Below, one piece after another: positions 1 through 13,390 of a DNA stretch of 64,000 bases. Position numbers and translations under genes: made by a program. Source of the DNA: Mytilus californianus (taxonomy: Eukaryota). Where the stretch lies: the NCBI RefSeq assembly GCF_021869535.1, contig NW_026262581.1, positions 105,462,001 through 105,526,000 of the forward strand, in the 5' to 3' direction. The notes beneath the pieces were generated by a model. The model was not told the origin of the DNA. It was given only the letters and a program-made list of their open reading frames with translations, and ran no database searches. The first letter of the stretch is position 1; every line of letters starts with the position of its first letter.

Positions 1-1015
1 ATTGAAACTCTTAAAACGCACCTTGATATATATTTCACTGCATGTCACCTCATTTTTGCGGAAAAAAAATCACTTTCCAGCGTTCGGACAAGTTACCGCA
101 ACCTGGTTTAATGTTTCGTTTAAAAACTTCAAAAATCCAAATGAGAACCGTTTAGAACAACGCAGGCAATGCTAATAATAAGGTCCAATATCAACAGCTC
201 TTATAAAATAGAAATATCTGTACTCTTTATCAACATGTCTTTTGAAATTCAATTTACGAAATGTCCTTTTTCTATTGTCAGTAGTCTGCTTAGGCTATAT
301 GATAACAACTTAAACAAGTATCTATGAAATTATGTTCATTATCGCGATAACTGTTATCTCCCCTGGAAGTGTATCAACTCAATAAGAGAACACAACCGAT
401 AAAGCTAAGTTTAGTTGATGCTTTGACTGTTCACTTAACAATAGGTAATTGTTGAACTAAACGCTATTTGACAAACTTGATGATTTTAGTTTCGATGTAG
501 TGAATTTCACATATTTTCATACTGATATATGTAGATCACTTGTGTATGGTACTAAATACGTATATAAAGAAGTCATGTTATCCGCTGGTAAAAAAAATAT
601 GTAGAAAAATAATTACTTCTAAGGCCTCAAATTGAAAGCATTATTAAAATATTTTACGATCGCAATTATGAGTTCGCCGATCATTACTGCATCTGTCACA
701 GATGATCGTAAGCATGTTTTTCTTCAACTCGTTACTAGTAATAAGCGTTAGGCATTAATGTACGGTTGTCAATTAGAAAAGGACCTAACTAGCCTTCATG
801 AACACCTGCCAATACTCTATGATTTGTAATGGTAGTAGGTAAAGGTTAACCTTGAAGTGATGTATGCGTACATACTGTCCATTCATGTAGTTGTGTGTTT
901 GGTTGTTGGCTTTTTCCCTATATAGCGCTTCTGATTTTCCTTTGTACACATAATTTGGTTTCTTGTTAAATCATTATTAAGGTTCATCAATACGATTTGA
1001 CACAAATTTACAATG

Positions 1016-1270
1016 AAGGAGAGGCAAAAGATACAAAGGTACATTCAAACTCCTAAGTTGAAAACAAACTGACAAAGCCATGGCAACAAAAACGACCAAA
1101 AGACAATCAACAGTCTACAAAACACAACATAGAAAGTTAAAGACTGAGCAACTCGAAGCCCATCAAAAACCGGGTAGGATCTCAGGTACTCCGAAAGGGT
1201 AAGCAGATCCTGCTCAACACATGGCACTCATCGTGATGCTTATATAAGGACAAGCCCAGTGATAAGTCTT
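1016..1270 (+). mobile_element. Dispersed short repeat family A
   Basis: gagaggcaaaagatac..aaaacaaactgaca..gccatggc..aaagactgagcaac..tctcaggt(a/g)ctccg..ggtaagcagatcct is closely similar to 60861-61070, with fragments at 2856-2886 (-), 6161-6239 and 51251-51459. Confidence 0.75.
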
Positions 1271-2544
1271 ATTACAGATAAACTTTTATTAAATGCTTGA
1301 CAACGTGATACCATATTGAATTTGTTAACGGCATATTTATTTTATCATTTGATGGGGAAAATTCGAAAAGAGTATAATATGAGATTGATATAAAAACTGA
1401 CAGCAAATTTTCCTCCTCGTTTACCTGGCACAAAATCAGTCTAGTGGCAGCAATCAACTAGTATTGACATTTGTCGACATTAAAAAAAACTAACCAATAT
1501 TATTAGTATTCCAATAAATTATTGTTTGGTAATTTCGTATCTATTTTTGTTGTTAAAGACACTTTTAATGAACTGTATATTAAAAGTTTTCTGTGATTAA
1601 TAAAATCACTAGAATGCATCGATCTGTTCAGACGTAGTATTTATTTATACATTTTGTTTTAGGTAAAGAAACAGATGTAATTGTGGTCGCTTCAAATTTG
1701 AATAATTTGTATGTAATCGACTTCAGAAAACATTTTGTCGAGTCATTTGAACATTCTACAAAGGGTTATACACACTTATGATACGATGCACACTTATGAT
1801 ATGATACGATGCACACGGAAGTAATTAGAAATGTTTTATCGATAACTATAATTGCCTTTTGTGAATTATGATTTTTTTAACACCACCCTTTTTTGTATCG
1901 TCGAACATTTTCCTCACTAAATTCCGGGTAAGATGACGCCATTTTGTATTTGTTAACTGCAAATTTATCTTCTAATTGAGTGGACATACTACCAGAAGAA
2001 AAGGGTATAAGATCTAAATAAATACTAACAGCAGATTTCCAACAATGTTTATTAGACCAACAAAATATTCGTCATATGCAAAAACCCTTAAGGAAGAGAT
2101 ATGGAGTAAGTTCCTCAGATAAGAGAAACCGAAATACCTATGTTTTATAATCGTAATTTCTAGAGCTTGTTGTCGAGGGATTTTTTTCAAGTTTTTCTTC
2201 CAATAAAGCTTAGGTTGGAGAGTTGTCTCATTGGCACTCATACCACATCTTCTTATTTCTAGTAAACAAGTATTCAATGCCATTGTTTTTTATGTTATCG
2301 TCTTATTAATGCGTCTTTATTTCAGCTTATATTATTTGACAGAACCAATAGATACTAAACATCTCATCATTCTTGGCTATCCCTTCTTGACTAACTTGAT
2401 TTTAGTCTTTGAAGATTTCTTTTCCATGACTACTAGTATACTTAAAACACGTTCTGCATTGCCCTTTCATCCATAAAACCCTACCCACAACTGTAAATAG
2501 TCGAATGTTTTCTTTAAAACGAAAACTCAATTAGTGATTCACTC

Positions 2545-2720
2545 TTTCAGCACCCTTGGCTTTGTCATTGCGGCCAGATGTATTGTTTGAGGAAGCCGGA
2601 AAACCCGGCGAAAATCATCTTCCATCGGCAGGAAAACTGAGAATCCAAATCAATTAAAACCGTAGTCGAACTTACTTGTCACATGTGGTTTTCGAACTCA
2701 CAAACTCAATATTGACAGGA
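2545..2720 (-). mobile_element. tRNA-derived SINE remnant
   Basis: The reverse complement has a B-box-like gagttcgaaaacc, then ttaattgatttggatt and ttttcgccgggttttccggcttcctc. The latter resembles the conserved SINE central-domain motif ttttctccggg-ctccggcttcctcc. Confidence 0.6.
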
Positions 2721-2889
2721 TAGACACAAACAATCACACAATCAACAATCGAGTTTTCTTTAAAAAGAAGCATTCTACCAGTTCCAGTTGTGGATATTTG
2801 CGATTGAAAGGCAATACAGAACGTATAATAAGTAAAGTCATGGAAGATTCGGTTTTTGCCATTGCGTTGTCAGTTTGTTTTCAACTTCG

Positions 2890-2990
2890 AATCATAGGCA
2901 ATTAAGATCGAAGACGATCGCAACTACCACGTACAGGGTTCAAATTCACAACCTCAGTATTGACTCGATTTAGACGAGTCTACCGAGGCC
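2890..2990 (-). mobile_element. Second SINE 5' head fragment, same family
   Basis: The reverse complement ggcctcggtag...gtcaatactgaggttgtgaatttgaaccc...cttaattg aligns by eye with the head of 2545-2720. Confidence 0.5.
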
Positions 2991-4593
2991 TTAATAGCAA
3001 CAATAGGGAACTCTTCTGTATTATTGACATTTAGACTTGTAAACGAAATAATGTCTTATACTAGATGTGCAGTGCCGGACTTTACATTATTCTTCCTTCT
3101 TAAAAGTATATAAAGATTTAAGGAATTCAATATTATAGGATTCATATGGAATTCTTTTGTATCATTGACATTCACAACTTTAAAATAAAGATGATACTAA
3201 CAGCACAACCAATTTTACATCTTTTTGTAAACATAAACCTAAACAATTGTCTATGATATCAATATCAAAGTTAATAGGAACACTTGTTGAAAGTAAGACT
3301 TTAAAAATCTTACCAATATTGCTAGTATTCCAATATTTTGCTTTTAAATTATATAGTATCTTTTTTGTCGTTGTTAAACCATCTGATCACATTTTAAGCA
3401 GTATTTGATAAAGAAAATTGATTAAATGTATCAATTTGTTCAGATTTATTGATTTTTGTATGTGAAAACACACCAAAAAAGTTACCAGACTTTTAAGACG
3501 CGCGTTGTACTTGTGACAGCTGTAATATTTTTATGAAACTGACATCAGAAAACATATTTTGTCGAATTAAAATACGATACACCAGGAACTCACTTAAAAT
3601 GTTTCATCCTGCAATCATCCCTCTACTGTACAAATAACAGGTACACAAATACATTTTTGCTTTATTTGTACTTGTACTTGTACAAATAAAGTCTCCTGTT
3701 ACCCGCTTTCTTGTTGAGCAAGCAGTAATATGAATATTTCTTTCTGGGTAACAGTTCATTTTGGGGTCCTTTTCGCGGTCCGCGTTTAAACTATGTCGAT
3801 TTCTTTGAAAAAATCAGAGAAAATGATTGGGAATTAAACACCTAAGCTCAAGTGCCGGTGTTGGTTGCAGGATAAAAAACAATATATGTACATTGTCTCG
3901 CTTTTCGTCCTGTTTCTCTAAAGCTCGTACAAATAAATTTTACATTTTCCGACAATGTACATATATTGTATATTTATTGATATATATAATATGCTTACTC
4001 TGGGTTTTGATTTTTTTTATATCCTACCCTTTTGGTATGGTCTTACCCTTTTTACCCCTATATTCCGGGTAACGTGACGCCATTTTATTTTTGTTAACGG
4101 AAAATGTGTCTTCTTATTTGATTGGTAATACTACTAAAAGAGTAGTATATGAGATCGAAATAAAAACTGCCAGCAGATTACAAATCTCGTTTTCCTTGAC
4201 CAAATTTAGTCTTAACATGCAACAATCCTTTTGCAGTTTGTATCTTGAATCAAGTTGCTTAAATACGGGAAACTTGAATTTTCTTTGTGACTTAATTTTG
4301 AAATTTCTAGTTTAATAAAAATGATTAATTACTGAGAAAGAAATTTCCATTCTTGCAAGATTTTACTTTTTCACGGTTTCTTTATTGTTTTTCTGCTCTT
4401 AACGAATTTAATTTGTTTAATTGCTACTTAATTTTCGTCATCCTAAGTTTGTCATAACTTTTCTTATTGGATTATCAGTTGATTTCTACTCACTTTCATT
4501 TACCTGTTAAATTACATACCTTTTTTCTTCACTCCAAGATGTGTTTTCACACGGTAAACACTTAGTTCTTTTTATATCATTTTTGAATTTTGA

Positions 4594-4708
4594 GTTGAAG
4601 CGTCGATCAACAATTTTGATAGTTTAGAGAACATTTTTTTAAAATTTAGATAGATATTACTTTGTTGAAGCGTCGATCAACAATTTCGATAGCTTAGAGA
4701 ACATTTTT
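4594..4708. repeat. Two ~45-bp direct repeats, 70-bp period
   Basis: gttgaagcgtcgatcaacaattt(t/c)gatag(t/c)ttagagaacattttt at 4594 and 4664. Confidence 0.85.
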
Positions 4709-6160
4709 AACCCGCCCACCCTTGCCCTATTTATAAATGGGTATTACATTACATTTTTCTACTGGTCTTTAGGGTTAATTTTTATGTATTAACAATTTTT
4801 GAACTTCTACTTTGGTTATTCTTAAATTTGTTTATCAATTATTATTGAACTATTGTGTTGTGTGAATCCATTTCATTAGCCTTATAAATGTTTTTTTTGT
4901 ATTAGTTGTTTCATCTTTTTGAAAGTAAGTGTAATTTTCTCGAGCTTTCTCTCGAAGGATTTTATCAATTGTTATTATTTATTGTCCATTGAAACTAAAA
5001 AAAAAAAAAACCAGGTATGTATATTCAATGTCATTATTTCTATAGGTACCTTCTTGGTAAACGCACCTTTCCTTTAGCTTATATTAGTATTTGACAAGAC
5101 TCGTAGATAATGAACATCTAATTATTTTGTTTATCAATTCCTGGCTTATTTGACTTAAATCTGTGAATATATCTCTCGTTCTGTATTGACTTTCTATCAA
5201 CTTATTCTTCTTTGATCCGATGTAGGAGAATGACAATTATTGAAAGGAAAATGAAAATGAAATTGTCTTCAAACTTTTGGCGTGTTCCTAAATTGGGAAT
5301 AAATGTTTTCTTTTTTGAGGAAGAACATTAAAAAGCAATTTCGGAAACATAAAAATATGCATATGAAAAAGAAGTATACTTGGAAAAATAGAAAGAAAAA
5401 AGAAAGAAATTTACATAAAAGCAAACAAACAAATACCTTAAAGGAGAATGTTCTTTTCTATATGAAGGTTATGCAAACGTATTGATGGAATAGGCCTTCC
5501 TTTATATATAAATAAAAGGAGATGAGGGGTATACGTCAACTATTCAGCAATCCAACAAAATTAAAAAAAGACGGTCAAAAAACAAAACATAAATGATGTA
5601 ATAATATTTTCCTTTTCTTCATGCTTGTAGGAACGAATCTATTCACAAGAGTTAATCTTTCCTACAGAATGTGTTTATTAAAAACTAAAAATCATTACAA
5701 TAGTAAATCATCAATATTCAAAGTATCTATAGCAGTCGGAAATTGAAATTTGTACTGATGCATTTTGAATGTTATACTATTATGATATGATATAATCTCT
5801 GTATAAGAGGAAATAAAGTCAATAATAATAATATGTCGAAATGAAGAATTAAAGAAGAATGCATATCAATAAAAATCAGTTCACAAGAATTATATACCAA
5901 TAGATTATATGAAAGAAAAGAGGTCGGACCAGGTTTCCGTGAAATTTATTTCACGCTAGTGTCATTTAAAAAAATCATTTTTTTTTCTGATATTTACAGT
6001 ATGACAGCTGAATGTACGTATACTGATGCTCTAGCAACATTGCGGCGTAACATATAATCAAATTATAAATGCCTGCAGATGACCTAAAACGGAAATTATG
6101 TTAGATTTCAGTCAATTTTAATTAATTATCGTCAAAATGAAAAGGAATAACATTCTAAAC

Positions 6161-6239
6161 CAAGGTGCTCCAGACGGGTAAGCAGATCCTGCTCCGCATG
6201 TGGCACCCGTCAGGTTGCTCATGTTAGTACAAACCCGGT
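6161..6239 (+). mobile_element. Family A 3' fragment
   Basis: caaggtgctccagacgggtaagcagatcctgctccgcatgtggcacccgtc matches the end of 1016-1270. Confidence 0.65.
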
Positions 6240-8264
6240 TTTGGTTTGATAATGTTAAAGGATTCACATGGAAGTCTCCTGTGTTTTTTAAATTCACACT
6301 CGTAAACGAAAGTTCGTAACAGCAGCAAAACCAATTTTACATATTTTTTTAAACTGAAATTAAAAAATGTTTCTGGCATCAATATCAAGCAATTACAGTT
6401 GCACTTTATATCAACTTTATGATACCTTTTTGGATTGCAATCCACCAGTACTGGCATTAAGACATTAAAAAAACTTACCAAATTGAATATTGATAGAATT
6501 CCAATGATTTTTCTTTTGTTATTTTTTGGAATTTCGTATTTATTTCTTTTCGTGGAACAATCTTATCGTATGCTTTATATTAAAATTGATTGAACGCATC
6601 AATCTGTTCAGACTAAATATTTATTTATAGATTTTATTATGTAACGAAACAGATGTAATTGTGACAGTAGTAATTTTCAATAATTTTGATGTAAATGACG
6701 TAAGAAAAAATATTCATATCGATACAACATTCCCCAAAGGTGATACACAATTATAATGAGTCGCATAAGGAAGTTTTAAAAATGTTTTATCGATTACTCT
6801 AATCTGTCTTCACTGATTTTTGATATTTTTTACCTCCACCCCTTTTGATATCGTCTTACCCTTTTCTTCCCTAAATTCCGGGTAACATGACGCCATTTTG
6901 ATTTTGCCATTTGATAAGGGACTTTCCGTTTTGAATTTTCCTTGGAGTTCGGTATTTTTGTTATTTTACTTTTTTTTGTAAACTGTAAATTTCTCTTCTC
7001 GTTTGATTGAACTAATGCCAAATGAGAAGGATATGAGATCTAAATAAATACTGACAGCAGATTCCAAACTATGTTTACCTGGCCCAAAACAAGTTGTCAA
7101 TCATTAAGCAGGAAGTTACGTGGATTATGTTCCTTCTTAATGTTATTATGACAGCTGCAATCTTGAATAATCTTTATGTAACAGACGACGTCAGAAAACA
7201 TTTATTTTGCCGATTCAACATTCCACAAAGAGTGACAATCGGGATTATACTTCCTCAAAATTATTGCCTTATTACCCCACATACTTTTTTGCAATCGTAT
7301 AAATGATAGTCATTGTAGGGATGACGAACTAGCAGTTTAGCTCTTGAAAAACACTAAATTTATCCACATAATTTCATCACGATCCTTACATGGCAGTTGT
7401 ATTTTTAACGAAAAATGTATCTACTAGCCATTTATTAAGCATCATTTAATGTACTTTTAGGCCCTATGTCAACTTAAAAATAACTAGTGTCTGATGGTGT
7501 TAGGGGGAATTTTCGAAAGTTAAAAAAAACACTTAATCAATTCTAATTAAATATTTTGTGGAATGGTAGACTAACGTTTGAGATAAATTAATCTAGATAT
7601 ATAACACACACACAAAAAATTTTTTTTTTTCAAGTTATGCATAAAAAAGATCCACGAGTAAATACACAAATAAGAAGATGACGTATGATTGCCAATGAGA
7701 CAACTATCCACCAAAGTTCAAAAATAGTAGATGTAAGCAATTATATGCAACCGTACGGCCGTTATGGGCTTTCGATAAAAAATTAGTACGTGTTAGTGAA
7801 AGGTGTGTCCGACTTTTCCTTCGTTAGTAAATTAATAAATATGACTTAACATTAATTGAAAAATGAGTGAACGAAAATAAAATAAAGTACAATTTTACGA
7901 TTTTTCCCACAAAAACTGTTGCCAGTGGCAGAGATGCAAATTAATGTTTAAAAAGATCAATCTTTTATCTTTCTGTGAAAATATTTTCGGCGGAATGTAT
8001 GCTAATGCACAAAAAAGATCCACATGTAATTTTCATCAACCATTATCGACTGTTTTGTGTTTGTCTTTAATTCAAAATGTCAAACATATCGAAGTTCTAT
8101 AATTTAAGAATAAATACGTATATAAGATGCAACAAATACTAAATTATGCACCTACTTTAAACTTTTAAAGCCCATAGAAACAGATGTAAACAGAATGTAA
8201 ACAATTCAACAAAAAACTGAGTTTTGCCATACACTGTGAATTATAACAACACAGGAACAATATG

Positions 8265-8660
8265 AAAATAAGGAGATGTCGTATGATTGCCAGACAACTA
8301 TCCACCAAAGTTCAAATGAAGTGGATGTATGTATATATAGGCAACCGTACGGCCTTCAACAATGAGAAAAACCCATACCGTATAGTCGGCTGTTATATGC
8401 CCCGACATGAAAAATATGAAACAATTCAATTGAGAAAACTAACGGTCTAATTTATAACAAAACAATTTACGAAAAACAAATATGACAGAGATGAACCAAT
8501 GACAACCACTTCAAACTACAGGCTCCCGACTTGGGACATGCACATAATGAATGTGGCGGCGTTAAACATGTCTGAAGGCGCCAAACCCATTACCTGGGAC
8601 AGTGGTGTAACAGTAAAGCATAAGAACAAATTATAAAAAACAGTTGAAAAGGGCTTAACT
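8265..8660 (+). mobile_element. Dispersed short repeat family B
   Basis: The head aataaggagatg(t)ggtatgattgccaatgagacaactatccacca is shared by at least 8 copies in the window: 2215-2258(-), 7668-7760(+), this one, 12205-12520(-), 12863-13390(+), 15310-15428(-), 15915-16092(-) and 17243-17525(+). Confidence 0.8.
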
Positions 8661-10595
8661 CTTAATATTTGGAATAAAAGGTTAAAGAGGCAGATACAGT
8701 GGTAAATACTTGAATCATTTAAGATAGTTAAAAACAATGCCAGATGTATGACTGAGAAAGATCTATAATTTCAGTATGAAAATAAAATCAAATACAAATT
8801 GAAAATACATAAGGATGTAAAATCTTCAGAAAGGTTACACTGCTGCATGTCCAAACTGAGTAGTTGAAAAAATTAAACATGAAAATTTAAGAGAGAAATG
8901 AAGAAAAAAAAGTAGTACATGTAGCAAATATTGGATCGTTTAAATTTGTAATTCTAGCTTTTTTGAATATATTGTTAGACTTGTTATTCGAAGATTTAAC
9001 CATTTCGCCAATTCTTATCATGTATCTAAGATAATCTGTATGAAATGATTAAACTAAGAAAAATCCAAACTACCAAAACGTCTATTTGTTTCTCCTTTAG
9101 GTTGCAATTCTGTAAATATAGACAATGCAATTTCCAATAGGAACTCCCTTTGCGGCTGAAACTGTGACACTTTTACTATGAATTTTGGTGAAAAATAATA
9201 TCCCAGAACGGAAAGTTTATATGCATTACTATTTTATTCAAAGGTCAAAATATAGGGCTGTGCGGCATATTTTCAACATTTATATGCCCTGTACTTCTAA
9301 GAGTTTAAACTTGTACTAAAATTCTAAACTACCCTTACCGCCATATTTGGACCTCCTAGGAATTGAAATTTAGGCGCTACCAATTTTTCTATGCTGGTTA
9401 CATTCCCAAGTGATGTCTCTATGAGATGAAACACAGAGATCATAAATGGGAACCTGTACGTTAACAAATTAACATATCTATGAATATTATATATCTCCCC
9501 GAAAGAGGCGTGGTTTAAGAAACAGCTGTATTTACAAAGTGCAACCTTTAAAAGTGGAAGAAAACGATACATTAACTCTTTTACTTTTAAGTCATACATC
9601 CGATACACCCTAAGAAGAACCACTATGAAAAAAATATTTAGCAATAGTATTGGTAACCATATTTTAAGAGACCATCCATGTTTTTACAGGTTTGTATTAA
9701 TGTTAGAACAATTTATCTTTCTTGATTTTGAGTTATCACGTTATAATTTATACATTTTTATAGCTGAAACAACAATTTTTTTATCTAGAGACTTTTTCGG
9801 ACTTGGCTGATGAAATAATTAAGTCATAGAACCAGATGACCGAAACGGCCCTAAACCTCTACTTTATCTTTATATTTTATTGTTAGTAGGAGCTAAACAT
9901 GCTTTTCTGTATCAAAATCGTCTACGTGCTGTAAAAATATATATATATGCGTACATACTTTCTGGCATTATGAAAGTAATATAGTGCCTTATTTAATCCT
10001 CTTATATAATGTAGTTTCCCTTGGTTGCACTAAACTATATGACAGAATGGTGTGGCAACTAATTTGGCTAATTTTGCAAAACATTACCACGCATATCACA
10101 ACATGATGAGAAAGCTAATTTATTTAAACTTATTTCAACAAATGATTGTAAATCTGTAGTATTCGCATAAAAGAGGATATCAACATCGGGTGTGCACCAC
10201 AGAAACTACAGAAAAACACTTTCCTCATTTATGCTTAGAAGGTAGGAATAGTTCTATGTTGAAAAGAAATTAAGATAAGTATATTTTATAATGATGTATA
10301 TCTGATTCAGAATATGACATGAAATAGTATGTGTGTTGGGAGTTCTTATTCATAATTTTGTTTAATTCTTATCTTGCTTTCCATGGTAAAATTGTTTTAC
10401 CCCGCATTCCAATGAGTATCGCTGAAAACTTTAGAACAGACGTAGTAACACCATGGTAATTAGGGAAACCCCATAACAGACTCATTCTGGTCTATATTGT
10501 TTGGTTCGTCTAATTAAATAGGTCGAATAATTATAACATGTTTTCAACAAACTGAATCTAAAAGTATATTTTGATTAGGAACGCATTAACAGTTT

Positions 10596-10619
10596 AAAAA
10601 AAAAAAAAAAAAAAAAAAC
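10596..10619. repeat. Poly(A) tract (~24 nt); another ~22-nt tract at 13982-14003
   Basis: Read directly from the sequence. Confidence 0.9.
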
Positions 10620-10815
10620 ACCATGAGCTCCGAAGAACACTTAACTGATTTGAATGAAAATTATAAAACTCATTATAATTCAAATTTACCCTTATTACCT
10701 TATTATAAGAAAACAAAAGTGTCTTACATGACAAAATAGTGCGTTTTTGCTAAATGCCCTTAAAAAATTCGGACAAAGTAAAATTAGGTTGAAATCTGGC
10801 GAGTGACTCTTTCTG

Positions 10816-11714
10816 TTATACATTTATCAATATTATTTATAATTGGTCTACGTACATTTAGCAATATACAATTACACTATACAAAATAGTTAAAGTGACT
10901 CATTTGTAAATATCTGATATCTTATAATTTAGCTTGTACTTTATTTATAAACCGTTTGAAAAGAAAGCTTTCAATATTTTTTAAGGTACTATTGGATTTC
11001 ATGACACAATTTCAATTAAATGCGATAATTATTAAAAAATGTGTTTCTATCACAAAATTGAAAAAAATATGTAACTCTTGGGAGCATTATACGAAAAGGC
11101 TTTTACAGAACAGCAAGAATCGTTTAAGGTAAAATTTGCCTGAAATAGTTGCAACCTTAGCTTTAGCACAATTATGAAAATTTGAAATATTCCTTCATAA
11201 TTTCCCCAGTTTGTCATATAATTCTTATCAAATATTTGATTTTTCAGTTGAGCATTTGTGTTATGTAAACTTAACAAAATGTACACTAAAAGTTCCTGAA
11301 ATGCAGTAATTTTTCATGAGATAATTTCAGTTAAATTTAATTTCACTTGAAAATTTCATTTGTGAATATTTTAATAAAATCTTATTTTTATATGTTTGCA
11401 GTGTGATACATTAGTGACTGTTGTCGTGCAACAGACAACCGTGATGATAATATGACTTATCCTGTAGTTAACTGATTGAGCAAATAATTCGGATTGGCGT
11501 CCTTACAAAAGACGCCTTTGATTCAAAGGTATGTTTATTACTCATTTACATGACTCTCATGCGAATCATTAAAAAACTCAATTATACATTTATCAATATT
11601 ATTTATAATTGGTCTACGTACATTTAGCAATATACAATTACACTATACAAAATAGTTAAAGTGACTCATTTGTAAATATCTGATATCTTATAATTTAGCT
11701 TGTACTTTATTTAT
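10816..11714. repeat. Exact 133-bp direct duplication (10816-10948 = 11582-11714)
   Basis: Base-by-base comparison by eye shows identity at offset 766. Confidence 0.9.
11402..11528 (+). other. Candidate 127-nt non-coding (UTR/lncRNA) exon
   Basis: It has an acceptor cttatttttatatgtttgcAG| and a donor AAG|GTATGT, and all three frames are blocked by stops. No transcript evidence. Confidence 0.35.
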
Positions 11715-12204
11715 GTAAGCATGATTATTTTTAACATAAAGAAATCAAACTTTCTTAGTATAGTATATCGACTATGCACCTTAATGCAACAGAGGTGTTC
11801 AAAGGACATGATGTATATAAATAAATCAAACCCCAAAACAATAAAACCATCAAAGATATCTAGAGGTTCAACCCGTTGTTTTATTCTTTAAAATGCATAC
11901 ATTTATGTATTGCTATACAGTTATTCTGTCGATTCTTTTTCTTATATTTTGGCACACGGTCGTACTTTTATCAGACTATTTATGACGTCTTTAAACTAAA
12001 TCCGTTGGATGTGTACTGATATCAAAGTCTGGGGGAGAACATGATGTATTTATTAGTTGAGATGGCGTTGAACAACTTTCAGTGGCTGCGAGTACTTTGT
12101 GTCTTTTGTTTTTGTGATGTCCCAGGTTGGAGGAGGGGGTCTCTTGGTCGCAACACTTACTTTCTTCCTTCTGCATATGTAAAGGACAACTATGATATTA
12201 TATA

Positions 12205-12520
12205 GGTTGAGCGCTTACAAACATGTTTAATCCCGCCGCATTCCTTTTGTGCCTGTCCCAAATCATGCGCCTGTAATTCAGTGGTTGTCGTTGATTGTTG
12301 TATGTCATATTAGTTTTGTTTTTCGTTGTTTGGTCATGAATCAGGTCGTTGGTTTTATCGTTTGAATCGTTTCAAATTTTATCATGCCGGGACCTTCAAT
12401 ATGTGACTATACGGTATGATTTTGGCTCATTGTTGAGTCCGTATGTCGACATATAGGTCCTTACATCCACGTGGACCCTGTTGGATAGTTGTTTCGTTGG
12501 CAATCATTATGATTATTTTT
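12205..12520 (-). mobile_element. Family B copy
   Basis: The reverse complement aligns with 8265-8580 and 12863-13190. Confidence 0.7.
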
Positions 12521-12624
12521 ATAAAGCTACCATTTATTTAAATTATGCTCTCAATTTCAAACATTGGAATTCATTGCTTAATATTTATATTATAAAAAAT
12601 ATGTTTCTCTGTTTATTATTTTAT

Positions 12625-12720
12625 TGATTGACTGAGTATTGCTCGATTATCACCCAGTGTCCAATTTAATGTATATTGAGGACGAGAAAAAAAAATGGCG
12701 ATTAATACAATTGGTAGGTT
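12625..12720 (-). mobile_element. SINE-like 3' fragment ending in (TCAA)n-like tail
   Basis: The reverse complement reads acctaccaattgtattaat...ttctcgtcctcaatatac...tcagtcaatcaa and is similar to 54071-54125. Confidence 0.4.
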
Positions 12721-12862
12721 CAAGTAGACCGGGATGAAGGATGGGAAAGATTTTTTTTAAAGTCATTAATAAAGTATATAATAAATGGTTTAGGAAATAT
12801 ATGACCTCGTGCAATGAAAAGAATTCAAAATCGGTTAGATGTAGGAGTACAAGTGTTCACAT

Positions 12863-13390
12863 AAAAATAAGGAGATGTGGTATAATTGCCAATGAGACAA
12901 CTATCCACCACAGACCAAATGACATAGAAGTTAACAACTATAGGTCACTGTACGGCTTTCAACAATGAGTAAAACCCATACCATATAGTCAGCTATAAAT
13001 GCCCCGAAATGAAAAATTTTAAACAATTCAAACGAGAAAACTAACGGCCTGATTTATGTAAAAAAACAATGAACGAAATACAACTATGATATACAGCAAC
13101 AAACGACAACCAGTTAATTACAGGCTCATGACTTGGGACAGGCACATACAGAATGTGGTGGGGTTAAACATGCTAGAGGGCGCACAACCCTCCCCTAACC
13201 TGAGACAGTGTTGTAACAGTACAATATATGATTAACTATAAAAATCAGTTGAAAAGGTCTTTACTCATCAGATCGACACAAAGCAGAAAAACAAGTAACA
13301 AAAAACACAGACCGAACGTGGCAGGGTATTTATACATCCCTAAAACAAAAAAGACACTTAGTACAGATCTGAGAGTACTCGCAGTTACTG
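12863..13390 (+). mobile_element. Family B, longest copy
   Basis: Has the intact head at 12863 and continues through cttgggacaggcacatac and cagttgaaaagg, as in the 8265 copy. Confidence 0.8.

Larger units (their letters stand above)
1290..7270. repeat. Decayed local repeat: several diverged copies of a ~0.6-1 kb unit interleaved with other DNA
   Basis: Shared blocks occur at ~1290-2060, 3010-3620, 3990-4300 and 6270-7270. Examples are aaacttaccaatattg, atc(g/a)atctgttcaga, aaacagatgtaattgtg, cagaaaaca..ttttgtcga, aaatgttttatcgat, ttccgggtaa..tgacgccatttt and aaataaa(a/t)actgacagcaga. Confidence 0.75.

Noticed and set aside
2545-2990. Possible tRNA genes (B-box-like GTTCGAA)
   Set aside because: There is no cloverleaf, and the B-box runs into SINE body sequence.
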